Shown piece after piece: positions 1 through 9,940 of a stretch of 46,020 nt of DNA (positions are counted from its first letter, which is position 1; each line of letters starts with the position of its first letter). The notes below the pieces were generated by a model. It saw only the letters and a program-made list of their open reading frames with translations. It made no database searches and was not told the origin of the DNA. This DNA comes from Candidatus Latescibacterota bacterium (GTDB lineage: Bacteria > Latescibacterota > UBA2968 > UBA8231). Location: the NCBI GenBank assembly GCA_965205655.1, contig CBDBIJ010000114.1:1-46020 (forward strand), written 5' to 3'. A program made the translations under genes and the position numbers.

Positions 1-555
1 AAACAGCGCCACCAGGTCGTAGCCTTCCAGGGAGCGCTCCTGGAATTCGGCCAGCTTGCGAGCCGTGCCCTTCACGTAGCGACGGGAGACCGACGAGCGT
101 GACAGGCCGAACGTCTCCGGTACGGTCTCGGCGCAGTCCTCGTAGTTGCGAGTGGCGATACCCTTCAACACCTTCTGCAGCAGTCCTTCGTCCATTTTCC
201 GGGGCGTCTGCAGGGCCTGGTAGGCGTCCAGCGCGACCTCCGTGTCGCTGTCGACGTTGCGTACCCGGGGCACCTCTACGGGTACCTTCTGATCACCCGG
301 ATATACCGATCCCCGCTGAGAGCCCCAGCGACGGTACGGCTGATCTGACTCCTTGCGTTGATACCGGCGCCCGGCCAATTCCATGACCGCCCTCTGCAGC
401 TCTTCGGCCACCGCCTCCAGTCCGAGAGGGACCAGCAGCTGGATCGCCTCGATTCTAGCATCCAGATCCTCTGCCACAGCTCCTGCCGCTGGATCCACGG
501 TGCCGATTTCAACCGTGCGTTTGAGGCGCTTCTTCCGTGCTGATAGCTTGCCCAT
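1..555 (-). CDS. IS256-family (mutator-type) transposase, N-terminal part, 3'-truncated by the window
   Basis: Manual translation from ATG 555 (SD AAAGGAG upstream): MGKLSARKKRLKR...RWGSQRGSVYPGDQKVPVEVPRVR...GIATRNYEDCAETVPETFGLSRSSVSRRYVKGTARKLAEFQERSLEGYDLVALF. The frame is open to base 1. It is absent from the ORF track because no stop lies in the window. Confidence 0.88.
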   Translation of the reverse strand, partial: MGKLSARKKRLKRTVEIGTVDPAAGAVAEDLDARIEAIQLLVPLGLEAVAEELQRAVMELAGRRYQRKESDQPYRRWGSQRGSVYPGDQKVPVEVPRVRNVDSDTEVALDAYQALQTPRKMDEGLLQKVLKGIATRNYEDCAETVPETFGLSRSSVSRRYVKGTARKLAEFQERSLEGYDLVALF

Positions 556-660
556 TGCAGACTCCTTTCTTGTTACCCACACGAGATTCTTTCCAGGATT
601 TCTCGTAAGAAGGTAACGATGGGGAGCCTGTGCTGTTTCAACTAAGATCGGGACCATGCC
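1..660 (-). mobile_element. IS256-family insertion sequence, left part (runs off the window start)
   Basis: Carries the transposase below. The minus-strand sequence GGCATGGTCCCGATCTTAGTTGAAAC (660-635) resembles an IS256-type terminus. The exact end is inferred because the partner IR lies outside the window. Confidence 0.75.
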
Positions 661-702
661 TGTAGATGTATAGCGGGTATATAGCAAAGAAAGGAACGAA
701 CC

Positions 703-1821
703 ATGACATACCGAGCTACTTTCGCCGCTTCGACGAAGACAGTGTGGATCGCTGTGGCGCTGCTCACCGCCGGGGTAGGTTCCAGTCTTACCGCGGAGGA
801 GGCGGAGAAAAGGGATCTGTCCCCAAGCGGCGACTCCAGTATCGTGTCGGCGAAGGCGGAGCTGGAAGTCGTCTTCGACGGGGCGTTCTTCACCGAGGGG
901 CCGGCCGTGGCGCCGGACAACTCTGTCTATTTCAGCGACATTACCTTCACCGGACTCTCCGGCATGCAGGCGGGTCACATTTGGCGCTACGATCCCAAGA
1001 CCGGCAAGACGAAGATCTTTCGCTCGCCGAGCGGCATGTCGAATGGCCTGAAGTTCGATGCTATGGGTAGGCTTCTCGCCTGCGAGGGGGCCGATTTCGG
1101 TGGCCGGCGAGTGACGCGAACCGATTTGAGCACCGGCAAGACGGAGATCATCGCCGGGCTGCACAATGGGCGCAAGTTCAACGCCCCGAACGACGTCACC
1201 CTCGACGAGATGGGTCGCATTTACTTCAGCGACCCGCGTTACCTCGGTCACGAGTCGGTCGAGATTGGGGTTTTCGCCGTTTACCGCATCGACCCAGATG
1301 GCTCCATCCACCGAATCATCACCGATGCCGGTAAGCCGAACGGAGTGGCGGTGGCGCCGGACCAGAGGTCGCTCTACGTGGTCTCCAACGACAATGGCAG
1401 CATGGGGCTGCTGATAGCCTATGGAGATGCGGGGGCGCTCGTCGCGGGCGATCGGTCCCACAAGGGTCGCATGGCCCTGCTGGCCTACGATCTCGCCGGC
1501 GACGGCAGCGCCACCTTCCGCGAGGTGCTTCACGACTATTCCCCCGAGGATGGTCCGGATGGTCTGGTGTGTGACACGGACGGCAATTTGTGGGTGGCGG
1601 TACGTGACGTGACACGACCAGGGGTCATCGTCTATTCGCCGAAAGGAAAAGAGCTGGCCTACATTCCGACGGAATGGGTGCCAACGAATGTGGCCTTCGG
1701 TCGCGGCAAGCACAGTAAGACGCTTTACGTGACCTACGGCAATAGCGCCGCCGAGGGACAGAAGTCGGTCCTGGCGCGGATCAAAGTGAAGCGCGAGGGG
1801 TATCAGCTGCCGACGCCCTAG
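703..1821 (+). CDS. SMP-30/gluconolactonase/LRE family beta-propeller protein with N-terminal signal peptide
   Basis: Motifs FTEGP, YFSDI, SNGL, FNAPND, IYFSDP, PNGVA, PDGL; hydrophobic N-terminus; SD AAGGA. Confidence 0.9.
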   Translation: MTYRATFAASTKTVWIAVALLTAGVGSSLTAEEAEKRDLSPSGDSSIVSAKAELEVVFDGAFFTEGPAVAPDNSVYFSDITFTGLSGMQAGHIWRYDPKTGKTKIFRSPSGMSNGLKFDAMGRLLACEGADFGGRRVTRTDLSTGKTEIIAGLHNGRKFNAPNDVTLDEMGRIYFSDPRYLGHESVEIGVFAVYRIDPDGSIHRIITDAGKPNGVAVAPDQRSLYVVSNDNGSMGLLIAYGDAGALVAGDRSHKGRMALLAYDLAGDGSATFREVLHDYSPEDGPDGLVCDTDGNLWVAVRDVTRPGVIVYSPKGKELAYIPTEWVPTNVAFGRGKHSKTLYVTYGNSAAEGQKSVLARIKVKREGYQLPTP

Positions 1822-1840
1822 CAGACAAGGGAGACGTGAC

Positions 1841-2368
1841 ATGGTCAGCAAAGAGATACAGGACGCCCTGAACAAGCAGATCAACGTCGAGTTCAGTTCG
1901 GCCTATTCCTACCTGTCGGCCGCCGCCTACTTCGAAGCGATCAACTTGAAGGGCTTTGCTCACTGGATGCGCATACACTATCTCGAAGAGCGCATGCACG
2001 CGAACAAGATCTATGACTTCATCGTCGACAGGGACGGGCGCGTGGAACTTCTCGCCCTGCCGGCGCCGCGCAAGGAGTGGGGGTCGCCTCTCGAGGCGTT
2101 CGAATGGGCACTGGAAAGCGAGCGCGCCAACAGCGAGGCGATATACAGGCTCGTTGAACTGGCGACGGAGAAGCACGACCACGCGACTCACGCCTTTCTG
2201 CAATGGTTCATCAGCGAGCAGGTGGAGGAGGAGGCGATCGTCAACGACATGCTCCAAAAAATGCGACTCGTCGGCGACAGCAACGCGGCGCTGTTCCTGA
2301 TGGACCAGGAGCTGGCGCAGAGACGCTTGCCGACAGAAGCGGAGTCGGAAACCTCCGGGGGCGAATGA
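1841..2368 (+). CDS. ftnA: Non-heme ferritin
   Basis: LNKQINVEFSSAYSYL, EERMHA, FLQWFISEQVEEEA ferroxidase-centre motifs. Confidence 0.93.
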   Translation: MVSKEIQDALNKQINVEFSSAYSYLSAAAYFEAINLKGFAHWMRIHYLEERMHANKIYDFIVDRDGRVELLALPAPRKEWGSPLEAFEWALESERANSEAIYRLVELATEKHDHATHAFLQWFISEQVEEEAIVNDMLQKMRLVGDSNAALFLMDQELAQRRLPTEAESETSGGE

Positions 2369-2589
2369 GAATCAGTCTGAAGGAAGCCGAAAATCAGGTA
2401 TTCGCCGTATTGGGAGCCATGCCGCCTTTCGGCAAGCTGTACGGAATGGACACGTTCGTGGCCGAAGCACTCGCAGAGGATGCCGAAATTGCTTTCAACG
2501 CCGGGAATCACACGGAGTTGATCAGAATGGCATACGGCGACTACGAGCGACTCGTCGATCCGGAGGTGGCGGCGTTGACGATAACCTGA
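2365..2589 (+). pseudogene. C-terminal half of a YbaK/EbsC (ProX-type aminoacyl-tRNA deacylase) gene
   Basis: 74 aa containing GAMPPFGKLYG and IAFNAGNHTELIRMAYGDYERLVDP. The N-terminal half with the conserved Lys is missing. Confidence 0.75.
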
Positions 2590-2613
2590 CGCGCCCGTCA
2601 CCGGATCGTCATC

Positions 2614-2649
2614 GACCCTCTTGAGCACGTTGACTCGGGAGGGTCTTTT
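2614..2649 (+). terminator. Intrinsic terminator
   Basis: 12-bp stem GACCCTCTTGAG / CTCGGGAGGGTC (2 G-U pairs), 8-nt loop, followed by TTTT. Confidence 0.65.
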
Positions 2650-2752
2650 GCTGCCGCCAGACTCGCCGCCGGCCGGGCCGAAGACGGTAGAGATGAGGGC
2701 GCTATCTGAGTACATTCACGCACGGGAAGCCAATCCTCTTTCAGAAACTGTC

Positions 2753-2895
2753 ATGGCTGCACAACTGGCAAAGAAAACGAGCGTAACTCGGCTCGATGCG
2801 TTTCCTCGCGAGACGTCGGATGAGGTCTTCAGAATCCTGAACGAAGACGGCAGTTGTGAGCAGGAGTATGCGAGTCTCGTTCCGGATGAGGTCCC
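2753..2895 (+). pseudogene. Possible N-terminal fragment of a 2-oxoacid dehydrogenase E1 alpha gene
   Basis: MAAQLAKK...EVFRILNEDGSCEQEYASLVPDEV. RILNEDG resembles the E1 alpha N-terminus; the similarity ends abruptly. Confidence 0.4.
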
Positions 2896-3222
2896 GTGGC
2901 CTCGTGGTCGCGGCTGAACCGCCTCTCATCGATGCCCTCCGATGAACTGGGTGGACTTGTGGCGCGAGCGATACAAACGCCAGGTCGCCAGCGCGACGCG
3001 CTGACAGCGGGCATTTATCTGCCCTCCGATCCCGAGGAACCGTTGAGCCGCCTCGAGCGCGCCCTTTCGCTTACCCATCACAGCGCGGCGATCGACGCCA
3101 AAATCAGATCTGCCATTCGGGCCAGTACGCTCCCTCGGGACAGGCCGGCGCGACTGGTGCAGCAGGCGATTGCCGTTGACAGCTTCGGTCCGGAAGAGTA
3201 CCCCGGAAGGTCACAACACTGA
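2890..3222 (+). pseudogene. C-terminal fragment of a FadE-type acyl-CoA dehydrogenase (DUF1974 domain)
   Basis: PSDELGGLVARAIQTPGRQRDALTAGIYLP...LSRLERAL...IAVDSF matches the FadE C-terminus, with an apparent internal deletion before IAVDSF. Confidence 0.7.
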
Positions 3223-3229
3223 GAGGGTG

Positions 3230-3631
3230 ATGAAGGCGCTCGTATTCGAAGAGCACGGCGACGCCGATGTGCTGCGGTACACAAACATCGAGCAGCCGCA
3301 GCCACACAGTGGCGAGGTCGTCGTCGAGTTGAAGGCAATGGCGTTGAATCACCTCGACATCTGGGTGCGGCGCGGCTGGCCAAGCCTCGAACTACCCCTG
3401 CCCCACATCGGCGGCGCAGACGGAGTCGGCGTTGTCAGTGCCGTGGGAGAGGGTGTCGACGCGAGCGTGAAACTCGGCACGCGGGTGGCCATCTGCCCCG
3501 GATTCGCCACGGCGGAGGACGAGTTCACGCGCCGAGGTCAGGATCCGCTCAGTCCATCGTACAAAATTCGTCGCGCAGAATCTGGAGATTCGGCAGGTGA
3601 TGTACCTGTGAAATGGCGCCGCACCCGATGA
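3230..3631 (+). pseudogene. Truncated zinc-binding dehydrogenase / quinone oxidoreductase (MDR family), GroES-like N-domain only
   Basis: MKALVFEEHGDADVL, ALNHLDIWVRRG, LPHIGGADGVGVV. Similarity is lost after ~SYKI and the Rossmann domain is absent. Confidence 0.8.
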
Positions 3632-3758
3632 CGCCTATGCGAACAGTTGCCATGGTAAATACCGATCCTCCCCCTTCCGTCGTCGTCGAATCGACGGGCG
3701 AAGGTATGTCACGGCGAGTTGGACATCAAGATGAAAGCGACAGAGGTTTCGGATAGAC

Positions 3759-5426
3759 ATGGCGAAGGGGAGAGGAAAAAAGCGGCGGCGGGACGCCGCG
3801 CATCAAGGCGAGGGCGTCGAGGAGCGACAGGAGCGAGTCGTCGAAGGCCGGCTGCGGCTGATGGAGGCGACTCTGGGGAACCGAGCCTGGCGTCTCGTCG
3901 TTCCCGTGACGATCGTCGTCCTCTCTCTCATCGTCAGCGCCTGGACCTTCGACGAAAAGCTCTCACTCACCGGCGACAACACCGAGTTCATCATTCTGGC
4001 TCGCAGCCTCGCCCAGGGTGAGGGCATGAGCCTGATCAATCACCCCAGTCCGAGAGCTGCGACGAAGTACCCCTTCGGCTTTCCGCTGTTGCTGGCACCG
4101 CTCGCAGCTCTCTTCAGTGCCGAGGGGGAGCCCGATTCGCTCACCGACTGGGGGGCGATGAAGAGGCTGGTAGTGGGGCTGTTCGCCGCGGCCATGGTGG
4201 CGCTCTTCTTCCTGATGGCCGATCAGTGGGGCAGGCTACCGGCCGTCGCCGTGACGGCTGCGAGCCTCACCTGTCCACTGGTGGTCGAGTATGGTCACCA
4301 GGTGATGTCCGAAGTGCCCTACCTGCTGTTCTCCCTGCTCGCGCTCTTCTGTTTGGAGCGCGGCATCAAAGACGAGAAAATCCGCGGCAATTACTATTTC
4401 ATTTGCGGTGTCGGCTTCATGATGTGGTCGTACTACGTGCGCAGCATGGGCGTCGTTCTGGTGATGGCAACACTCCTCTATCTGGTGCAGCAGCGACAGC
4501 TCCGGAAAGCTGTCGTCACCGCGATCGCCGCCGCCGCCGTCGCCCTGCCGTGGACCCTGAGAAATCGGGCCGTCGGGTCGGGAACCGTCTACCTCAAGCA
4601 GCTCATCCTCGAAAACCCATACTACCCGGATCGCGGCATCGCCGACCTCGCCGACTACATAGCGCGACTGTCGTACAACACGCTGACCTATTTTCCCCGC
4701 GAGATCCCCGGGGCTCTGTGGCCCGCTTTCCGGCCGGAGGTCCCGTTGACTCAATGGTTCCCGGACTATTCCACGATTCTGCAGCCGCTCTCCCTGATCG
4801 TCATCGCTCTGTCGCTCTACGCCATCCTGCTGTGCGCCCGACGGGGTCAGGATCTGCTGCTGCTGAACTACCTCATTTTTTCGACGGGCATCCTGATCGT
4901 ATGGCCCTGGGCAAGCGACCGCTTTCTGGTGCCGCTCGTTCCTCTGATGATGTTTTTCACTCTGCGGGTGGTCGCCGATCTCGCGTCGCGTCTGGCGACG
5001 AGAGGTGCACGCCAGGCGGGCCGTGTGCTGGTCGTCGGCGCCATCGTCGCCCTGCTCTTCATGAATGTCCGCGGTCTGGATCGTCTCGCCGCCGCCGCTG
5101 AGAGAAACTACCCCAGTTCCTTTCGCTCCTACTACGCCGCGGGTCAGTGGATAAAGGAAAACTCGAGCAGCGATGCCGTCGTGTGCGGCCGCAAGCCATA
5201 CTGGATGTACGTGGTGTCTGGTCGACGCACGGTGCCCTACCCGTTCAAGGAGCCGCCGGAAGTGCTCGCCTCACTGGAGCAACACGGAGTCGACTACGTG
5301 GTGGTGGGCCAGCTCTCGGTGACGACCTACAAGCACCTCACTCCGACGATCGAGCGCTACTGGAACCGGTTCGAGCTGATGTGGCAGCTGGAGGGTGCGG
5401 GAACCTACGTCTTCAAGTTCGGCTGA
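3759..5426 (+). CDS. GT-C fold membrane glycosyltransferase (ArnT/PMT, GT39/GT83-like)
   Basis: Many TM segments; GDNTEF..LARSLAQGEG, YPFGFPLLLA, VMSEVPY, RFLVPLVP. Confidence 0.8.
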   Translation: MAKGRGKKRRRDAAHQGEGVEERQERVVEGRLRLMEATLGNRAWRLVVPVTIVVLSLIVSAWTFDEKLSLTGDNTEFIILARSLAQGEGMSLINHPSPRAATKYPFGFPLLLAPLAALFSAEGEPDSLTDWGAMKRLVVGLFAAAMVALFFLMADQWGRLPAVAVTAASLTCPLVVEYGHQVMSEVPYLLFSLLALFCLERGIKDEKIRGNYYFICGVGFMMWSYYVRSMGVVLVMATLLYLVQQRQLRKAVVTAIAAAAVALPWTLRNRAVGSGTVYLKQLILENPYYPDRGIADLADYIARLSYNTLTYFPREIPGALWPAFRPEVPLTQWFPDYSTILQPLSLIVIALSLYAILLCARRGQDLLLLNYLIFSTGILIVWPWASDRFLVPLVPLMMFFTLRVVADLASRLATRGARQAGRVLVVGAIVALLFMNVRGLDRLAAAAERNYPSSFRSYYAAGQWIKENSSSDAVVCGRKPYWMYVVSGRRTVPYPFKEPPEVLASLEQHGVDYVVVGQLSVTTYKHLTPTIERYWNRFELMWQLEGAGTYVFKFG

Positions 5427-5468
5427 GCGTCGCCAGCAGCGGTGCCCAAGTTGCTGGGGTTGCGCCCG

Positions 5469-6479
5469 CTAAGAATGCGGCGTCGGCGCGTCGCGGCGGA
5501 TGAGTTCCTTTTCCCTCAGCTCCTCCCAGAAAGCGTCGGGAATCTCCTCCGAGAGCACTTCGAAGTTCTCGGTGACACGATCTGGCTGCCGCGTCCCGGG
5601 GATGATGGATGTGACCGCCGGGTGCGCCAGAGCGAACTGCGACGAGGCCGCCTTGAGGTTGACGTCGTGGGTGGCCGCAACCTCTTCGAACCTGCGAGCC
5701 CGCTCGATGATCTCGGTCGGGGCGTCGGCGTAGTTGTACTTGGCGCCCGTTCGAGCGCCCTTCGCCAGAATGCCGGTGTTGTAGGTGCCGCCCGCCAGGA
5801 TGCCGATGTCGTTCTGCAGACACAGCGGAAAGAGCTCGTCGAGGGCGCCCTGCTCGAGGAGGCTGTAACGCCCGGCGAGCAGGAAGCAGTCGAACTCACC
5901 CTCACGGGCAAACTGCGCCAGCATCTGCGACTGATTCATACCGGCGCTGACGCCGCGGATGACGCCTTCTTCGCGCAGCTTGCGAAGCGCCGGATAGGTG
6001 CTTCTGATCGCTTCATTGTAGTGGTCGTCCGGGTCGTGGATGTGGAGGACATCGATTCGGTCCACCCCCAGCCGCTCGAGGCTTTCTTCGAAGGACCGCA
6101 TGACGCCGTCATGGCTGAAGTCGAAAACGGGCTCGAAGGGAGGCGGATTGTCGAAAATCTCCTGTCCTCTGTCTTCCCCTTCGGTGGGCACGAGGATGCG
6201 GCCCACCTTCGTGCATAGGATGTAGCTGTCTCGAGGAACACCCTGAAGCGCCCGCCCAAGACGACGTTCACTCTTGCCCGATCCGTAGAGTGGCGCGGTG
6301 TCGAGCAGGTTGAGCCCGAGAGAGAGGGCGCGGGCGACGACGGCGTCGGCCTGCTCCTCGGGAATGTCGCCGAAAAGCCCGCCGATGGCGGCGCAACCCA
6401 ACCCGAGTCGAGTTACCTCCAGACCAGAGCTTCCAAGTGTCTTTTTCTCCAACGGGTTCACTGCGGATGTCCTCCTCAT
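5469..6479 (-). CDS. Aldo/keto reductase (D-threo-aldose 1-dehydrogenase-like)
   Basis: LGLGCA, DTAPLYGSGKSE, TKVGR, SLERLGVDRIDVLHIHD, LLAGRYSLL. The true start may be a few codons downstream. Confidence 0.9.
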   Translation of the reverse strand: MRRTSAVNPLEKKTLGSSGLEVTRLGLGCAAIGGLFGDIPEEQADAVVARALSLGLNLLDTAPLYGSGKSERRLGRALQGVPRDSYILCTKVGRILVPTEGEDRGQEIFDNPPPFEPVFDFSHDGVMRSFEESLERLGVDRIDVLHIHDPDDHYNEAIRSTYPALRKLREEGVIRGVSAGMNQSQMLAQFAREGEFDCFLLAGRYSLLEQGALDELFPLCLQNDIGILAGGTYNTGILAKGARTGAKYNYADAPTEIIERARRFEEVAATHDVNLKAASSQFALAHPAVTSIIPGTRQPDRVTENFEVLSEEIPDAFWEELREKELIRRDAPTPHS

Positions 6480-6734
6480 CTACCCGGCGCGGGGTCCCGG
6501 GCCTGGTGTGCGGTCGCGTGGAAGAGTTGCGAGCCGGATGAATATAGGTGCGCGCAACCTCTGCGGCGACGGGCGCCACCCGGCCGAAGCTCATGTGTGC
6601 CGGGACCCACTCACCTGCGAGCGGCTGCGAATGCTCCTGCTTGACGCCTTCAAGCGACCGCGGTAGATTGAGTCGAGCTACCTGTTTATCAATAACATTC
6701 GACACTTCTTACAGCCGTTACGAGCCCTTCTTTC

Positions 6735-8315
6735 GTGCCCAGTGCCGTTCTGTGGCTCCTGTCATTATGGGGCTTGAGCTGCTCTCCGGAACCCCCACCC
6801 GGCGATGCCCGGACCGTCTCCAAGCCCCCAATCTCGGATACGCAGAATCAGCCGGTCTGGACGGACCAGGTCATCGACTGGCGTTCATGGAGCGATCTCC
6901 GGTCGCCAGAGAAGCGTCCCCATCGTCCCATTCTCATATACCTGGCGGCACCGGGGTGTGACGGTCTGTTCGCCGAGGAGGATGGCGCTTTGCGGTCCCT
7001 CGTGGAGGAACGTTACCTGGGAATCCGGGTCAATCCGTTTCATCGCCCCGACCTGGCGCGTCGTTATGGCCAGGCCGGGTGGCCGGCTCTCGCCATCCTG
7101 ACCCCGGAGGGCCGCCTCGTCACTTCGGCGACGGATATCCCTCCCAAAAACGTGCGGCTCCTCCTGTTGCGGATGCTCGATCATTTGAACGAGCGACCGG
7201 AGGTGATCGACGCAAAGATCCGCGTTGCCAAAATCCGCTCCGCAAAAACCCGCGCCGGCGGGAGCGCCGATGAGATCACGTCGGCGGCGTCGGCTGAGGA
7301 TCTGTTCGCGGCCATAGCCGCCGATTTCGACGATCAGTACGCGGGATTCGGTGACGGAGTGAAGTTTCCGGAGCCGCTCGTGTTGCGCTTCCTGCTCGAA
7401 TTTGCCGAGCGGCCGGGCGGCAGCGACCGTGGCCGCGGCGAGCAGGCATGGTCGATGGTCCGACGCACCCTGGACGTGCTCACGGGCAGTCCCACGTGGG
7501 ATGAAGGGGCCGGCGGCATCTTCGTCTACTCGCTGACCAGAGATTGGCTGACTCCCGAATTCGAGAAGGACGGCGCCGATCAAGCAGCGTTGCTCTCCCT
7601 GCTCGTGCGAGCCGCGCAGGGAAATCCAGGGCACGGGTACAGGGAGCGCGTGCGGCAACTCCTGGAGTATATCGGAGAGCAGCTCTTCGACGAACAGCGC
7701 GGGGTGTACCTGTCCCGGCAGGTGCGCCTGTCCGCGGATCGATGGTGGACGGATCCGGCCGTTTACGCAGATCGGAACGGACTGCTCATCACCGCGTCAC
7801 TGGAGGCGGCAGCGCTTCTCGACGACGAACAGGCGGCGCTCCAGGCGCTGTCGGCAGCGCGTTTCTTGATGAAGCACAGCATCTCAGAGGACGGCACGGT
7901 CTTTCACTGTCTTCACAAGGGTGTGAAGTTGGCGCCAGGCCTGCTGGCGGACCAGGCAATCGTCGCTCTGGCCCTCCTCGCGGCTCACGAGTGGGGCGGA
8001 GAGCCGGAATTCTCGCGTTCCGCCCACCGCGCGCGCAGGTGGATGGAAAAGCATCTGCTGGACCCGGCGACCGGCACCTTTTTCGACGGCCCCACGCCCG
8101 AGGTCGCGGCATGGCTGCAGTGGCCGCGATTGACACCCTATGAGGACGGGCTGGGAGCCGCGGGCAACACCCTGGCAGCCGAACTCTATTTGCGACTGGG
8201 CGAAGCGGGTCGAACAGCCGACCTCCTGGAAGGGGCCCCGCTCGGGCGCTTCCCGGCACGCTCATATGCGTCCTATGGGAGTATTGCCTTGCGATACGAA
8301 AGCCGACTCCAGTGA
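6735..8315 (+). CDS. DUF255 / YyaL (SPATA20-like) thioredoxin-domain plus (alpha/alpha)6 protein, putative lipoprotein
   Basis: IDWRSW, RPDLARRY..GWP..ILTPEG, FDDQYAGFG..KFP, EFEK...DQA, GLLADQA; N-terminal lipobox-like LWGLSC. Confidence 0.75.
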   Translation: MPSAVLWLLSLWGLSCSPEPPPGDARTVSKPPISDTQNQPVWTDQVIDWRSWSDLRSPEKRPHRPILIYLAAPGCDGLFAEEDGALRSLVEERYLGIRVNPFHRPDLARRYGQAGWPALAILTPEGRLVTSATDIPPKNVRLLLLRMLDHLNERPEVIDAKIRVAKIRSAKTRAGGSADEITSAASAEDLFAAIAADFDDQYAGFGDGVKFPEPLVLRFLLEFAERPGGSDRGRGEQAWSMVRRTLDVLTGSPTWDEGAGGIFVYSLTRDWLTPEFEKDGADQAALLSLLVRAAQGNPGHGYRERVRQLLEYIGEQLFDEQRGVYLSRQVRLSADRWWTDPAVYADRNGLLITASLEAAALLDDEQAALQALSAARFLMKHSISEDGTVFHCLHKGVKLAPGLLADQAIVALALLAAHEWGGEPEFSRSAHRARRWMEKHLLDPATGTFFDGPTPEVAAWLQWPRLTPYEDGLGAAGNTLAAELYLRLGEAGRTADLLEGAPLGRFPARSYASYGSIALRYESRLQ

Positions 8316-9223
8316 AGATCCTGGTCACGGGCGCGCACGGGCTTCTCGGCCGCAGTCTCCTGAGAGAGCGAGTCGCGGCCGAGCTGATCGGGTGCGGCCG
8401 GGGAGCGGACCCGGTGGGCTCGGGCGCCTACTATCAGATCGACCTGTTGGACGTCCCTGCCGTCGGGCAATTGCTGGGAGAGATTCGTCCAGACTGGGTG
8501 GTACATACGGCCGCTATGACGAACGTGGACCGCTGTGAGACGGACCGGACAGAGGCCCGCAGCGCCAACCTCGAGGTGGTGGAGAGCCTGGTGACCGCTT
8601 GTGCGGAGTCAGATTCGGGGTTGGTTCAGTTGTCCACCGACTACGTCTTCGACGGCGCCGACGGTCCCTATGGAGAAGAGGACGAGCCCTGCCCACTGTC
8701 GCACTATGGCGAGCTGAAGCTGATGAGCGAAAGCCTGGTACTGGGCTCCGGTATCAAAGGGTGCGTATTGAGAACGCTGTGGCTCTACGGCTACAGGCCG
8801 GAAGCCCGGCCCAATCTGGTCACCTGGCCCCTCGCCGCCCTGGCTCGGGGCGAGGATCTACGCATGGTGGACGATCAGTGGGGAAACCCGACCTTTGTCG
8901 GCGACGTCGTGAGAGCGCTACTGACGTTGTGCGAACGGAGGGTGACCGGCCTGTTCCATCTCGGCGGCGCAGATCTGATGACCCGCTACGAACTGGTGCG
9001 TCAGCTGGCGCGCTCGTTCGGTCTCAATGCCGGCGCGGTGAAATCAATGTCGACGGTTCAGGCAGACCAAAAGGCGCGCCGCCCGATGCGGTCCGGATTG
9101 CGCTCCGATCGAATCGCCGCTCTCGGCGTCGGGACCTCGAGTCTGGAAGAGGGCCTCGACCAACTCAAATTTGAGGAGGAGTTCTGTCGCGACTTCTCAA
9201 CTCAGCTCGAGCACAGGTCGTAG
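8312..9223 (+). CDS. rfbD: dTDP-4-dehydrorhamnose reductase family SDR
   Basis: TGAHGLLG, AAMTNVDRCE, STDYVFDG, YGELKL, DQWGNPT. Confidence 0.85.
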   Translation: MKILVTGAHGLLGRSLLRERVAAELIGCGRGADPVGSGAYYQIDLLDVPAVGQLLGEIRPDWVVHTAAMTNVDRCETDRTEARSANLEVVESLVTACAESDSGLVQLSTDYVFDGADGPYGEEDEPCPLSHYGELKLMSESLVLGSGIKGCVLRTLWLYGYRPEARPNLVTWPLAALARGEDLRMVDDQWGNPTFVGDVVRALLTLCERRVTGLFHLGGADLMTRYELVRQLARSFGLNAGAVKSMSTVQADQKARRPMRSGLRSDRIAALGVGTSSLEEGLDQLKFEEEFCRDFSTQLEHRS

Positions 9224-9225
9224 CC

Positions 9226-9933
9226 GTGTCCCCGAAATACGAGGTTTCCCTGATCACTCCCACTTTCAACGAGAAAGAGAATATCGCCCTGCTCGCCGCC
9301 GAGATTTTCGAGGTCATCGGACAGGAGCAGGACATCGACCTTGAGCTGATCGTCGTCGATGACAAGTCGCCAGACGGCACCGGGGAAGCGGCGGAGAAGC
9401 TGAAGGGAACCTACCCGATGCAGGTCATACACCGGGCCGGGAAGCTCGGGCTCGGATCGGCGGTCATGGAGGGGTTCGCGCTGTCACAGCGAGAGTACGT
9501 GGGCGTCATCGACGCCGATTTGAGCCACGACCCCATCGAGTTGCCCAAGCTCATTCACGGACTGTCTCAACACGACATCACGATCGGAAGTCGGTTCGGC
9601 GCCACGAGCAAGGTGGAGGAGTGGGCATGGCACCGACGCGCCATCTCCATGGCGGGCGTCAGTATGGCCCGCTGCCTCACCGGCGTCGAGGATCCGCTGT
9701 CCGGCTACTTTTTCGTCAAGCGGTCCGTGCTCGCCGATCTCGAGCTCACGTCGTCGGGGTATAAGATTCTCCTCGAGATCCTCGCGAAAGGGACCTATGA
9801 ATCGCACCTGTCGATTCCCATCTTTTTTCGCAACCGACAGTTCAGTTCCAGCAAGCTGAACTGGAAAGAACACCTTCTTTTTCTCAAGCAGATTCTGTAT
9901 TTCAGCCTGCACAGACCAGGTCGAAAGAGGTGA
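9226..9933 (+). CDS. Polyprenol-phosphate mannose synthase-like GT2 glycosyltransferase
   Basis: PTFNEKENI, VDDKSPDGT, GKLGLGSA, IDADLSHDP, DPLSGYF, GYKILLEIL. Confidence 0.88.
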   Translation: MSPKYEVSLITPTFNEKENIALLAAEIFEVIGQEQDIDLELIVVDDKSPDGTGEAAEKLKGTYPMQVIHRAGKLGLGSAVMEGFALSQREYVGVIDADLSHDPIELPKLIHGLSQHDITIGSRFGATSKVEEWAWHRRAISMAGVSMARCLTGVEDPLSGYFFVKRSVLADLELTSSGYKILLEILAKGTYESHLSIPIFFRNRQFSSSKLNWKEHLLFLKQILYFSLHRPGRKR

Positions 9934-9940
9934 TCGAACG

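Noticed and set aside
630..702. Possible IS256-derived hybrid promoter for the gluconolactonase gene
   Set aside because: No convincing -35/-10 pair at 16-18 nt spacing could be identified.
6268..6705. 145-aa minus-strand ORF in the divergent gap between the aldo/keto reductase and the DUF255 gene
   Set aside because: It overlaps the reductase start in another frame and has no recognisable motif.
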